Origin: Candidatus Rokuibacteriota bacterium
GTDB taxonomy: Bacteria; Methylomirabilota; Methylomirabilia; Rokubacteriales; CSP1-6
NCBI GenBank assembly: GCA_036802765.1
Contig: DAIRVP010000001.1
Coordinates: 2,153 to 66,152, forward strand
Length of the DNA: 64,000 nt
Direction: 5' to 3'
Below, piece by piece: positions 1-9,363 of this stretch. The first letter of the stretch is position 1, and each line of letters begins with the position of its first letter. The notes beneath the pieces are model-generated. The model saw only the letters and a program-made list of their open reading frames with translations, was not told where the DNA came from and did no database searches. Made by a program: the position numbers and the translations under genes.

Positions 1-329
1 CCGAGCGCTGTCTGGCCGCGGTCGTCGACGCGGTGTTCGACGGCCGGCGCCTCGGCGTGATCGTTCCGATCAAGGAGCAGCAGGCGTCGTCCGCCGAGCG
101 GTGGGCACGCGTCGATCCCGGCGTCGTCGTCACGGTCGCGTCGCCCTACGACGAGCCCGCGCGTCTCGTTGCCGCCGCAGAGGAGCTGCAGCGCGCGCGT
201 GTGAGCCTCGTGGTGCTGGAGTGCCAGGGATTCACCGGCGCGATGAAGAAGGTCGTGCGGGAGGTGACGAGCGCGCCGGCGCTGCTGCCGACGACGGTGC
301 TCGCCCACTTCCTCGCCGAGCTGACCTAG
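1..329 (+). CDS. 3' end of an AroM / Asp-Glu-hydantoin-racemase-like protein (5' end lies outside the window)
   Basis: ORF 33..329 stays open upstream to the window edge in the same frame. The motif ...SLVVLECQGFTGAMKK... resembles AroM-type proteins. Third-codon positions are G/C-rich. Confidence 0.4.
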   Translation, partial: ERCLAAVVDAVFDGRRLGVIVPIKEQQASSAERWARVDPGVVVTVASPYDEPARLVAAAEELQRARVSLVVLECQGFTGAMKKVVREVTSAPALLPTTVLAHFLAELT

Positions 330-346
330 CGGCCGCGGCAGCGGAC

Positions 347-1048
347 CTAGCGACCGCGCCGTCGCGGCGCCGACAATCCCGGCAGCCCGGCCGTCCAACG
401 CGGCATCGGCGGAAACTCTTCGGCCAGTCGCCCGTCGACATACGTCGCAACCGGCCGATACGGCGTGCTGACCATGCTGTTGTCGAAGAGAAACGCCTTG
501 TCGACGACCCCGACTGCGGCGGTCAGATTCTTCAGCGTCCGCGGAAATCGCGCGAACAGCTTGTCGTTCGGCACGTCGTGCCCGCCCCGCGCGACGCGCG
601 TGGCCACGCGAGCCACGGACAGCGCAGGGCTGGCGAGACCGATGAACACCAGCAGCACGACGAAGCCTGACCCCCGAGCGCGCTCGATGAAGTCGAGCTT
701 CGCTCCGGCCGGATCCGACAACACGGTCTCGGTGCAAAACCCGAAACGTAGGTCCAACAGGTCCGCGCGAAGCCGTTCGGCTTCCTCGAACGCGCGCCGC
801 TCGAGCTGCGCCGGCGGCAGGCGGGGGTCGGCGTCGCGCATCACACGCGCGATGTGGTCGGCGTTGACGAAGAGCAGTCCCAAGCCGTGCAGGTATTCAG
901 CGAAGAATGTCGACTTGCCGGCGCCGTTAGGGCCGGCGAGCACGATCAGAACCGGCCGCTCGTCAGCGGCGGCGGCGCGCAGCGATGCGGATGGGGGGAC
1001 GCTCAACGAACGTCCGTCCCTCGAAGTGGCCGAGCGTCCGGCGGCCAT
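347..1048 (-). CDS. Zeta-toxin-like P-loop kinase (toxin of a type II TA pair)
   Basis: Walker A motif LIVLAGPNGAGKST. It overlaps the 3' end of an upstream ParD-like antitoxin gene on the same strand. The true start may be downstream of the first ATG. Confidence 0.6.
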   Translation of the reverse strand: MAAGRSATSRDGRSLSVPPSASLRAAAADERPVLIVLAGPNGAGKSTFFAEYLHGLGLLFVNADHIARVMRDADPRLPPAQLERRAFEEAERLRADLLDLRFGFCTETVLSDPAGAKLDFIERARGSGFVVLLVFIGLASPALSVARVATRVARGGHDVPNDKLFARFPRTLKNLTAAVGVVDKAFLFDNSMVSTPYRPVATYVDGRLAEEFPPMPRWTAGLPGLSAPRRRGR

Positions 1049-1388
1049 CCGGCGCGATCTGGATCACGCTGTCGGGATCCTCGGGGTCCGCTTCGTAGAG
1101 CGGCCCGCCTCCGGCGCGGATCCTGGCCTTGACGGACTCACGGTCGGACTCGTGCGTGAGCTCCGTGAGCACGGCTTCGACGTCGTCGCGTCGCACCCAG
1201 GTGGGCATGGCGAGCCGCTCGCCGGCACGCTTGAGCATGAGCACTTCGCTGTGGCCGGCCATCACCTCGATGGCGCGGCCGAGGGTGGCCCAGTGCTCGA
1301 TCTGCGCGGTGACGGAGCGGTGGGTTTCCTTGGCTTCGGCTTTGGCCCGAGCAAGCAGCCGATCCGAGATCTTCACCGGTGCGGGCAT
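963..1388 (-). CDS. ParD-like antitoxin (partner of the zeta-like toxin)
   Basis: 141-aa protein MPAPVKISDRLLARAKAEA...IEHWATLGRAIEV, typical of ParD-like antitoxins found upstream of zeta/AAA toxins. Gene order is antitoxin then toxin, with an overlap. Confidence 0.55.
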   Translation of the reverse strand: MPAPVKISDRLLARAKAEAKETHRSVTAQIEHWATLGRAIEVMAGHSEVLMLKRAGERLAMPTWVRRDDVEAVLTELTHESDRESVKARIRAGGGPLYEADPEDPDSVIQIAPDGRRTLGHFEGRTFVERPPIRIAARRRR

Positions 1389-1435
1389 GGCCCCTCCCCG
1401 CCGGTAGCCTCAGGCTACCCGCTGGTAGTAGATTA

Positions 1436-1813
1436 CTACTTCAGGGCCACCTCGAGCCACACCCGCCGTTTGATACGGCCGCTGAGGCGCGAAAACAGGT
1501 CCAACAGCGTGACCTGCCAGCCGTACTTGGCGCGCAAGATCGCGTGGGCGTCGATGATCGCGCGCCGGTCCTGCGCGATCCGCGCAGTCCCCTCCTGCCA
1601 CGGTCCGTGCACGATGCCGCGGACGTCGCACGCCGCCACGCGGACGCGCGAATCGTGGCGTAGGCGCTTGACCTTGCCGGAGTCGCCACCGGTCATCATC
1701 CACAGCGCGTCGCCGGTGGTCGCGAACCAGATCGGCGTGCGGACTTCCGTCCCGTTGCGGCGAAACGTCGCGAGGCTCACGTAGCGCTCGCGCGCGAGGT
1801 CGGCGGCCGACAC
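1436..1813 (-). CDS. PPOX-class F420-dependent / pyridoxamine 5'-phosphate oxidase family protein
   Basis: The C-terminal 125 aa of the off-frame ORF 1436..2698 read ...YVSLATFRRNGTEVRTPIWFA...GDALWMMTGGDSGKVKRLRHDSRVRVAACD, a split-barrel signature. A GTG start is proposed at 1813. It overlaps the aminotransferase stop. Confidence 0.5.
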   Translation of the reverse strand: MSAADLARERYVSLATFRRNGTEVRTPIWFATTGDALWMMTGGDSGKVKRLRHDSRVRVAACDVRGIVHGPWQEGTARIAQDRRAIIDAHAILRAKYGWQVTLLDLFSRLSGRIKRRVWLEVALK

Positions 1814-1818
1814 CGCCG

Positions 1819-3165
1819 TCAGCGCGTCAGCTCGCGGTCGAGCTCCCCGATGCTGTCCGCGACGGCCTCCACGAGCCGATCGACCTCCGCCGCGCTGATG
1901 CACAGCGGGGGCGCCAGCCGCACGGTCTGGCCGCGGGCTGAGACGATGGCGCCGCGCTCCCAGGCCTTGCGGTCGAGCTTCACGACCTCCGCCGTCTCGA
2001 GCGGCTTGCCGGAGCCGTCGGGGGCCACCAGCTCGGCGCAGACCATCAGGCCGCGGCCGCGCACGTCGCCGACGATGCGCAGCTTGCCGACGGCATCCTG
2101 CAGCCCCGCGAGCAGGCGGCGACCCATGACCTCCGCGTTGGCGACCAGACCGTCCTTCTCCATGATCTGCAGATTCGCGAGCGCGGCTGCGCACGCAACC
2201 GGGTGCCCCGCGTAAGTGTTGGGGTGGACGACCTCCTGCGTGCCGTTGTCGGGAAACGCGTCGGTCAGCCGACTGCGCGCGATCGCGCCGGACAGCGGGA
2301 GGTAGCCCGACGTGATGCCCTTGGCCACCGTCATCAGATCTGGCACGACACCCTCGTGCTCGACGCCGAACCAGCGTCCCGTCCGGCCGAAGCCGGTGAT
2401 CACCTCGTCGGCGATCATCAACACGTCGAGCTCGTCGCAGATCGCACGCACGCCGCGCAGCCAGCCGATCGGCGGAATGATGAAGCCGCCCGACGACAGC
2501 ACGGGCTCCATGATCACCGCGGAGACCGTGTCGGCGCCCTCGCGGACGATCGCGTCGCGCAATTCCGCAGCGCGGCGCTGCACCAGCTGCGCGTCGGTGC
2601 CCGTGCCGCGATCGCGGAACGGGTACGGCGGCGCGACCTTCGTGAAGCCGGACGGCTGCAGCGCGGAGTAGGCGGCCGTCATGTGCGGCAGCCCGCACAC
2701 GGCGAAGGTCCCCACCGTGGCGCCGTGGTAACCGCCCTGCAGCGAGATCACCTTGTGCTTGCCGACCTTGCCGCGCGCGATCCAGTAGTGACGCGCGATC
2801 TGCATCGCGCGCTCGTTGGCCTCCGAGCCGCTCGTCGCGAACATCGTGTAGTCGAGATCACCGGGGGTCAGCGTGGCGAGCTTCGCCGCGAGCTCGGCGG
2901 CCGGTCGATTGGAGAACTGTCGCGTCGTCGGGTAATACGCCAGCCGCACGGTCTGCTCGGCGATGGCCTCGGCGATTTCGCGCCGGCCGTGGCCGACGTT
3001 GACGACCGCCAGGCCGGCGAAGCCGTCCATCAGCTTCTTGCCGCTCTCCGTCCACACCCACACGCCCTCGGCGCGGTCGATGACGAGCTCTCCGTCGGAG
3101 AGCCAGGGGTGGTCCTGCGTCTTGTGCGTCCACAGATGCTTGATCGCGGCGGCTGGGGTCGTCAT
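1819..3165 (-). CDS. Class III (omega) aminotransferase, PLP-dependent
   Basis: 448-aa ORF with the motifs GSEANE, DEVITGFGRTG and the TVAKG lysine motif. Confidence 0.85.
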   Translation of the reverse strand: MTTPAAAIKHLWTHKTQDHPWLSDGELVIDRAEGVWVWTESGKKLMDGFAGLAVVNVGHGRREIAEAIAEQTVRLAYYPTTRQFSNRPAAELAAKLATLTPGDLDYTMFATSGSEANERAMQIARHYWIARGKVGKHKVISLQGGYHGATVGTFAVCGLPHMTAAYSALQPSGFTKVAPPYPFRDRGTGTDAQLVQRRAAELRDAIVREGADTVSAVIMEPVLSSGGFIIPPIGWLRGVRAICDELDVLMIADEVITGFGRTGRWFGVEHEGVVPDLMTVAKGITSGYLPLSGAIARSRLTDAFPDNGTQEVVHPNTYAGHPVACAAALANLQIMEKDGLVANAEVMGRRLLAGLQDAVGKLRIVGDVRGRGLMVCAELVAPDGSGKPLETAEVVKLDRKAWERGAIVSARGQTVRLAPPLCISAAEVDRLVEAVADSIGELDRELTR

Positions 3166-3184
3166 GGTCGCACAGTATAGCGAC

Positions 3185-3820
3185 TCATCGCGAGCTCCAG
3201 AAGCGCCGATAGTGTTCGGCCAGCTGCGTGGCCGCGGACCGCACGTCGGGATGCCGCCGCGCCGTCACGTACGCCTCCCGCGTGGCCGCATCGTTGAGAT
3301 CGACCTCCCCCTCCGCGCAGCACATCAGCGAGCGTGGATCGCTCACGTGCGGCAGGCCGAGCGCGTGTCCGAGCTCGTGCGCGAGAACCTGATACAGGAC
3401 GATGTCGCGGCTGACCTGGCCGCGAGCGGCAGGCGCGGTGATCGCGATGCGCACCGGGACGCGGATGACGCCGTCATCGCTCTCGAGCTCGGTGACGCCC
3501 ATCCGTCGGGAGGCGTCCGGCGGCTCGGTACGTACCTGCACCTGCGCCTCGTCGGCGCGGGCGACGCGCGCGAAGACCGGCACGCCGAGGACGTCGCGCG
3601 CAAGCGCGTTCCAGTCGTCGACGGCCCGCGCGGCCGCCTCGTCGAGCTTCGCGTCAGCGAACGAGGGCAGGTAGAGCGGCAGCGGCAGCCGCGAGCGGGG
3701 ATGCCCATCGACGCCGGTGAGCGGGGTGTTCGACGCGGCGGCGACCGCGCTCCATAGCGCGATCACGGCCGCTGCCACGACACGAGTCACCCGTCGACGC
3801 TCACCGTGATCGCGACACAC
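3185..3820 (-). CDS. Secreted matrixin-like zinc metalloprotease (M10 family)
   Basis: HELGHALGLPH zinc-binding motif and an N-terminal signal peptide. Confidence 0.75.
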   Translation of the reverse strand: MCRDHGERRRVTRVVAAAVIALWSAVAAASNTPLTGVDGHPRSRLPLPLYLPSFADAKLDEAAARAVDDWNALARDVLGVPVFARVARADEAQVQVRTEPPDASRRMGVTELESDDGVIRVPVRIAITAPAARGQVSRDIVLYQVLAHELGHALGLPHVSDPRSLMCCAEGEVDLNDAATREAYVTARRHPDVRSAATQLAEHYRRFWSSR

Positions 3821-4110
3821 GCGATGATCGTGTCGCCGACGGGGACACGTAGCCCGCCCTCGACCGCTCGCACGGTGACCTCGCCATGCGGCAGGTCTCG
3901 CTTGACCGCGGCCACGTCGACGGCTTTCGGATCCGGCACGCCAACCGTGACGTCGACGAGCATGCGGCCGCCGCGCGCGCGGACGTCGGCGAAGAAGGGA
4001 AGGCTCGAATGGCGGATCGCGTCCGAGACGGCGCGGCGAGCCGCCGTCGTCGCATCAGCGCCGTGCACGTCCACACCCATCCCGAACTCGAGCACGTAGG
4101 GTTTGCTCAT
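3787..4110 (-). CDS. Lin0512-family conserved hypothetical protein
   Basis: 107-aa protein MSKPYVLEFGMGVDVHG..., a Lin0512-like N-terminus. Overlaps flanking genes, which suggests an operon. Confidence 0.5.
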   Translation of the reverse strand: MSKPYVLEFGMGVDVHGADATTAARRAVSDAIRHSSLPFFADVRARGGRMLVDVTVGVPDPKAVDVAAVKRDLPHGEVTVRAVEGGLRVPVGDTIIACVAITVSVDG

Positions 4111-4508
4111 GCCGGTACTGTACGCTCCAACACCATCTGGGTCTGGATGGTCACCGAGAGCAGCCGGCCGGACTCATCGGTCACGCGTGTCTGCCACACG
4201 TGTGTGCGGCGCCCGCGATGCAAAGGCGTCGTCTCCGCGCGCACGGTCCCGGATTTGCCGGCCGCAAAGAAGTTCGTCTTGGACTCGAGCGTCGTCGTGC
4301 CGGCGCCCGCGGGCAGGTTCAGAAACGTCGCGGCGGCGCCGACCGTGTCCGCCAGAGCCATCAGCGTCCCGCCGTGCAGCGCGCCGCCGACGGTGGTGAC
4401 CGCCGGACGGTGATCCAGCTCCGCCACCACGCGTTCGGGCGTGGCCTCCACGAAGCGGATGCCGAGATGTTCTGCGAGCGTCCCCTTGTGCACGTTTTGA
4501 AGATCCAC
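4107..4508 (-). CDS. PaaI-family hotdog-fold thioesterase
   Basis: 133 aa; ...GALHGGTLMALADTVGAAA... 4HBT/PaaI signature. Confidence 0.8.
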   Translation of the reverse strand: MDLQNVHKGTLAEHLGIRFVEATPERVVAELDHRPAVTTVGGALHGGTLMALADTVGAAATFLNLPAGAGTTTLESKTNFFAAGKSGTVRAETTPLHRGRRTHVWQTRVTDESGRLLSVTIQTQMVLERTVPA

Positions 4509-4606
4509 GAGTCCACCTCCGGGCGCAGCATCACTGGACCGCGCCGTGTGCTCAATTACCTCGGGGGTAATGTCCGGGCCGATGGCGGGATGCTAGCATC
4601 CGCGTC

Positions 4607-5440
4607 GTGGAGAAGACGATCCAGGAGGGCGGTTTCGGTCGGCTGCTGCGCGAGTGGCGGTCGCGCCGCGGCATGAGCCAGCTCGATCTTGCGGTCGAAG
4701 CCGGCGTATCGTCACGCCATCTGAGCTTCGTGGAGACCGGCCGCGCGTCGCCGAGTCGCGAGATGGTGGTGTTGCTCGCCCGGGCGCTGGACGTTCCGTT
4801 CCGCGACCGCAACGATCTCCTCACGGCGGCGGGGTATGCTGCAGTCTATCGCGCAACCAGCCTCGATGCGCCCGCGCTCGCCCAGGCGCGCCGGGCGCTC
4901 GACTACATCCTGCGTCAGCAGGAGCCGTACCCGGCGCTCGTGCTGGATCGCCACTGGAACGTGCTGAAGGTCAACGACGGCAGTGCGCGCGTGCAAGCCG
5001 TCTTTCTCGACGCCGCGAGCGTGTCCGCGCTGGGACCGCCCAACGCGATGCGCCTCATGTTCCATCCGAAGGCATTCCGCCCGTGGATCGTGAACTGGGA
5101 GCCGACGGCGGCGTCGCTCATCCAATGGCTGCACCGCGACGTGGCCACGGGCTTTGCGGACGACGAGACGCGCGCGTTGCTCGACGAGCTCCTGTCGTAT
5201 CCGGACACGCCGCGACAGTGGCGCGCGCTGGACCTCGACGCCTCGCCGGCGCCCTTCTTGCCCATCGAGTTTCGCAAGAACGATCTCGTGCTGCGATATT
5301 TCACGACGCTCACGATGCTCGGCACGCCCCACGACATCACGCTGCAGGAGGTGCGTGTCGAGAGCTTCTTTCCGGCGGACGAGGCGACGGAGAAGGCTAC
5401 GGCAGCCCTCTCCGCCCCCTCCGCCGAGCGACTACGCTGA
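4607..5440 (+). CDS. XRE-type HTH transcriptional regulator with an MmyB-like ligand-binding domain
   Basis: N-terminal LREWRSRRGMSQLDLAVEAGVSSRHLSFVETGRASPS is an HTH. The rest is an MmyB-like C-terminal domain. It is divergent from the thioesterase operon. Confidence 0.8.
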   Translation: MEKTIQEGGFGRLLREWRSRRGMSQLDLAVEAGVSSRHLSFVETGRASPSREMVVLLARALDVPFRDRNDLLTAAGYAAVYRATSLDAPALAQARRALDYILRQQEPYPALVLDRHWNVLKVNDGSARVQAVFLDAASVSALGPPNAMRLMFHPKAFRPWIVNWEPTAASLIQWLHRDVATGFADDETRALLDELLSYPDTPRQWRALDLDASPAPFLPIEFRKNDLVLRYFTTLTMLGTPHDITLQEVRVESFFPADEATEKATAALSAPSAERLR

Positions 5441-5893
5441 GCGCTTCGCCGAGCGGCGCGAGACTTCCTGCGCCGCTTCGAGCGCCTCGTCTTTTTCCGG
5501 CGCGCGGAACGCCAGCGAGCTGAGCGTCACCACGCCCACCAGCTGATCCTCGTCGTCCAGAACCGGCAGCCGACCGACCTGCGCTTGGGCCATCGTCTGC
5601 ATCGCTTGCTCGGTGTTCCACTCGGGATGCGCAACGATGGCGTTGATCGAAAGACAGTCACCGACGGCGGTGGACGCGGGATCCGCGTCACGCGCGACCG
5701 CGCGGACGACGATGTCGCGGTCGGTGATGACGCCGAGCACCTTGCCGTCCTGTACGACCGGCAGCATGCCGACGTTCGCCTCCTCCATCGCGCGCGCCGC
5801 GTCGGTGAGCGATGCAGCCGGCTCGATGCTGACGACGTCCTGAACCATGATGTCGCGCACTTTTCGCTCCGATCTTCTCTGGCGCTTGGTCAT
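5432..5893 (-). CDS. CBS-domain pair protein
   Basis: Tandem CBS motifs (DIMVQDVVSIEP...; GVITDRDIVVRAV...). ATG at 5893 is preceded by GGAGGA. The upstream part of the listed ORF is Arg-rich, off-bias extension. Confidence 0.75.
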   Translation of the reverse strand: MTKRQRRSERKVRDIMVQDVVSIEPAASLTDAARAMEEANVGMLPVVQDGKVLGVITDRDIVVRAVARDADPASTAVGDCLSINAIVAHPEWNTEQAMQTMAQAQVGRLPVLDDEDQLVGVVTLSSLAFRAPEKDEALEAAQEVSRRSAKRSA

Positions 5894-6298
5894 TGACGCG
5901 TCCTCCTTCCGCTCAGATGAGGGCTCGAGATCAGAGCCGCTTGTACGGAGCGAACGACATGCCACCGAGTGCGGCTGGCCGCCTCCTTGCACCTGTTGCA
6001 ATCCTTGCCGCACTGCTGCCGGTTGCGCGCGTCGGCGCCGCCGACCCGACACTGAGCGACATCGCGAGCTGTAACCAGGAGGCGGCGCGCCGGGCGCCGA
6101 CATCACGCAGCCCGGAAACACGGGGACCAGCACCGAGAAGACGGATCCCAGCGGGGCGGTGATCACGCAGTCGCCCGACCCGCTGCTGAGGGGCATGGAC
6201 GCGGAGAAGGCGAACGACACCGCGTATCGAACGGCCTATCGCGAGTGCATGCGCGCCAAGGGCGCGCGCTGAATGGAGCGGCGACTTATACTGCCCGC

Positions 6299-7534
6299 GT
6301 GCCTCGGATCAATGAACACTACCTGAACCTGCGCGCCGCCTACCTCTTCGCCGAGATCCGGCGACGGCAGGCGGCGTTCAGCGCCGCGCATCCCGCCGCG
6401 CACGTCATCGACCTGGGCGTCGGTGACGTGACGCGGCCGCTGCCGCCCGCGGTCGTCCGCGCGCTCCACGAGGCCGCCGACGACATGGCGCGGGTCGAGA
6501 CCTTCAAGGGCTACGGGCCATACGTCGGGTACGAGTGGCTGCGCGCCGAGGTCGCTGCGCAGGACTTCGGCCCGCGCGGCGTGACGCTGGCCCCCGACGA
6601 GATCTTCATCAGCGACGGCGGCAAAAGCGACAGCGCCAATCTTCAAGAGATTTTCGCCACCGAGTGCGTGGTCGGCGTGATGGATCCCGTCTATCCCGTG
6701 TATGCCGATGCCAACGTGGTCGCCGGGCGCTCCGGCGCGGCGGATGCGGCCGGCCGCTACGCCGGCATGGTCTACCTGCCGTGCGTCGCGGAAAACGACT
6801 TCCAGCCGGCGCTGCCCGATCGCCGCGTCGACCTCATCTATCTCTGCTATCCGAACAATCCGACGGGCGCCGTGGCGACACGCGAGGCGCTGGCGCGTTG
6901 GGTCGATTACGCGCGCGCGCACCAGGCCGTGATCTTCTACGACGCCGCGTATGAAGCGTACATCGCCGACGAGGCCGTGCCGCACTCGATCTACGAGATC
7001 CCGGGCGCGCGCGACGTCGCGCTCGAGTCCCGCTCGTTTTCGAAGAACGCGGGGTTCACCGGGATGCGTCTGGCCTATACGGTCGTGCCGAAGCAGGCGA
7101 TGGGCCGCAGCGCGGACGGCCGCACGCACAGCCTCAACGCGCTCTGGACCCGCCGGGTGAACATGAAGTCCAACGGGCAGCCCTACATCGTCCAGAAAGC
7201 CGCCGCGGCGATTTATACGCCCGACGGTCAAAAGCAAGTGCAGGCGCTGATCGACTTCTACATGGCGAACGCGCGTGTGATCCGCGACGGGCTGCTCGCG
7301 GCCGGCTTCACCGTGTATGGTGGTCGCAACGCGCCCTACATCTGGTTCCGCACGCCGTCGGGCGTGTCGTCGTGGGATTTCTTCGATCGGCTGCTGGCGG
7401 ATGTCCAGATCGTCGGCTCACCGGGCGCGGGCTTCGGTCCGAGCGGCGAAGGCTACTTCCGGCTCACCGCCTTCGGCTCACGCGAGCAGACCGAGGAGGC
7501 GGTGGAGCGCATTCGCAGGCGGCTTCATCCGTGA
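6299..7534 (+). CDS. dapL: LL-diaminopimelate aminotransferase
   Basis: N-terminus RINEHYLNLRAAYLFAEIRRR and the SFSKNAGFTG lysine motif. GTG start at 6299 was chosen by homology. The stop overlaps the next start (TGATG). Confidence 0.8.
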   Translation: MPRINEHYLNLRAAYLFAEIRRRQAAFSAAHPAAHVIDLGVGDVTRPLPPAVVRALHEAADDMARVETFKGYGPYVGYEWLRAEVAAQDFGPRGVTLAPDEIFISDGGKSDSANLQEIFATECVVGVMDPVYPVYADANVVAGRSGAADAAGRYAGMVYLPCVAENDFQPALPDRRVDLIYLCYPNNPTGAVATREALARWVDYARAHQAVIFYDAAYEAYIADEAVPHSIYEIPGARDVALESRSFSKNAGFTGMRLAYTVVPKQAMGRSADGRTHSLNALWTRRVNMKSNGQPYIVQKAAAAIYTPDGQKQVQALIDFYMANARVIRDGLLAAGFTVYGGRNAPYIWFRTPSGVSSWDFFDRLLADVQIVGSPGAGFGPSGEGYFRLTAFGSREQTEEAVERIRRRLHP

Positions 7535-8391
7535 TGCGCACGCTCACGTTCGGCCGTCTCACCGTCGATGTCGTCGTCGAGCGGTCGGGCCCGACGCGGC
7601 CGACGTGGCTGTTGCCCGATGCGACGCCGGACGCGGTCGAGCGTCATCGCCCGTGGCTCGCGCCGCACTTTCTCGACGACAAGGGTCGATTCCTCCAGTC
7701 GATCCACACGTTCGTGGTCCGCGCACCGGGACTGACCGTGCTCGTGGACACGTGCGTCGGCAACGACAAGGATCGCGGCGGGCGCGCGCCGTTCCACATG
7801 ATGCGCACGACGTTCCTGGACGACCTGCAGACCGCCGGAGTGGCGCCGGAATCCGTGGACGTGGTGATCTGCACTCACCTGCACGTCGACCACGTCGGCT
7901 GGAACACGCGGCTCGAGAACGGTCGTTGGGTGCCGACGTTCCCGCGTGCGCGCCATCTGTTCGCGAGGCGCGAGTGGGAACACTGGTCGAGCGAGCGTGA
8001 CGACGACACGCGCCGCATCATGGCCGACAGCGTGCAGCCCGTGCTCGACGCCGGTTTGGCCGATCTCGTCGAGATGGATCACCGGTTGTCCGCCGAGATC
8101 ACGCTGGAGCCGACGCCGGGACACACGCCGGGGCACACCAGCGTGCGGCTGCGGTCCGAGGGCGGCGACGCGGTGATCACCGGCGACCTCATGCACCACC
8201 CGATTCAGATGGCGGAACCGCAGTGGTGCAGTCATTTCGACGTCGATCCCGAAACGGCGCGCAAAACGCGCCGGGCGTTTTGCGAGCGCTATGCGGGCGG
8301 CGCCGTCGCCGTGCTCGGCACGCACTTCCATGACCCGACCGCCGGCAGGATCGTCCGTCACGGCGAGACGTGGCGTTTCGAGGTGCTCTGA
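7534..8391 (+). CDS. MBL-fold metallo-hydrolase (lactonase-like)
   Basis: HLHVDHVGW motif. ATG overlaps the dapL stop. Its own stop overlaps the EthD start. Confidence 0.8.
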   Translation: MRTLTFGRLTVDVVVERSGPTRPTWLLPDATPDAVERHRPWLAPHFLDDKGRFLQSIHTFVVRAPGLTVLVDTCVGNDKDRGGRAPFHMMRTTFLDDLQTAGVAPESVDVVICTHLHVDHVGWNTRLENGRWVPTFPRARHLFARREWEHWSSERDDDTRRIMADSVQPVLDAGLADLVEMDHRLSAEITLEPTPGHTPGHTSVRLRSEGGDAVITGDLMHHPIQMAEPQWCSHFDVDPETARKTRRAFCERYAGGAVAVLGTHFHDPTAGRIVRHGETWRFEVL

Positions 8392-8771
8392 TGGTGAAGC
8401 TCGTGTTCTCTCTTACGCGGCTGCCGCACCTTTCGCGCGACGAATTCCAGCGCTACTGGCGTGAGCGTCATGGGCCACTGGTGCGTGAGTCGGCCAAGGC
8501 GCTCGGGATCCGTCGATACGTTCAGGTGCACACGCTCGACACAGCGGTGAACGACGCGCTCCGGCGCGGGCGCGGCGGTCCCGAGCCGTACGACGGCGTG
8601 GCCGAGCTGTGGTTCGACAGCCTCGACGCGCTGGCGGCCGCCGGGGCCACACCGGAGGGCCGCGCCGCGGGCCGACGGCTGGTCGAAGACGAGCGCACGT
8701 TCATCGACCTTGCTCGCTCGCCCGTCATGCTGGCCGAGGAGCACGAGATCGTCGGCACCGCTTCGCGCTGA
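8391..8771 (+). CDS. EthD-domain protein
   Basis: MVKLVFSLTRLPHLSRDEFQRYWRERHGPLV... matches the EthD family. TGATG overlap with the upstream gene. Confidence 0.7.
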   Translation: MVKLVFSLTRLPHLSRDEFQRYWRERHGPLVRESAKALGIRRYVQVHTLDTAVNDALRRGRGGPEPYDGVAELWFDSLDALAAAGATPEGRAAGRRLVEDERTFIDLARSPVMLAEEHEIVGTASR

Positions 8772-8859
8772 CGACGACTTGCCGACGCGCGTGCGCGCCC
8801 GTACCCTGTCCGGCGCTTCGGCGTTCGTGAGGCGCATGAACATCCCATAGGAGGAACGC

Positions 8860-9363
8860 ATGGCGATCAAGGTCGGCGATCGGCTGCCCGAGGGCACCCT
8901 GACGGAGATGATCGACACGGAGCGTGAGGGCTGCACGCTCGGTCCCAATGCTTTCAATGTGAGCGACCTGGTCAAAGGCAAGAAGGTCGCGGTCTTCGCG
9001 GTGCCCGGCGCCTTCACGCCGACGTGCTCGGCCAAGCACGTGCCGAGCTACGTGCAAAACTTCGACAAGCTGCGCGCCAAGGGCGTGGACGAGATCTGGT
9101 GCATCGCGGTCAACGACGCGTTCGTCATGGGCGCCTGGGGGCGGGATCAGAAGGCCGGCGGCAAGGTCCGGATGCTGGCCGACGGCAGCGCGACCTACAC
9201 GAAGCAGCTCGGCCTCGACCTGGATCTCGTGGGCCGCGGCATGGGGGTGCGCTCGCAGCGCTATTCGATGCTGGTTGACGATGGCGTCGTCAAGGCGCTG
9301 CACGTCGAGGCCCCGGGCAAGTTCGAGGTCAGCGACGCTGAGACCATGCTGAAAGACCTGTGA
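8860..9363 (+). CDS. Peroxiredoxin, Prx5 type (Redoxin family)
   Basis: FTPTCS peroxidatic-Cys motif. RBS AGGAGGA upstream. Confidence 0.85.
   Translation: MAIKVGDRLPEGTLTEMIDTEREGCTLGPNAFNVSDLVKGKKVAVFAVPGAFTPTCSAKHVPSYVQNFDKLRAKGVDEIWCIAVNDAFVMGAWGRDQKAGGKVRMLADGSATYTKQLGLDLDLVGRGMGVRSQRYSMLVDDGVVKALHVEAPGKFEVSDAETMLKDL

Noticed and set aside
5959-6162. ORF 5959..6162 as an intact stand-alone gene
   Set aside because: Coding-type GC3 bias is lost in its 3' half and switches to the +1 frame. It is reported instead as a possible frameshifted small gene.
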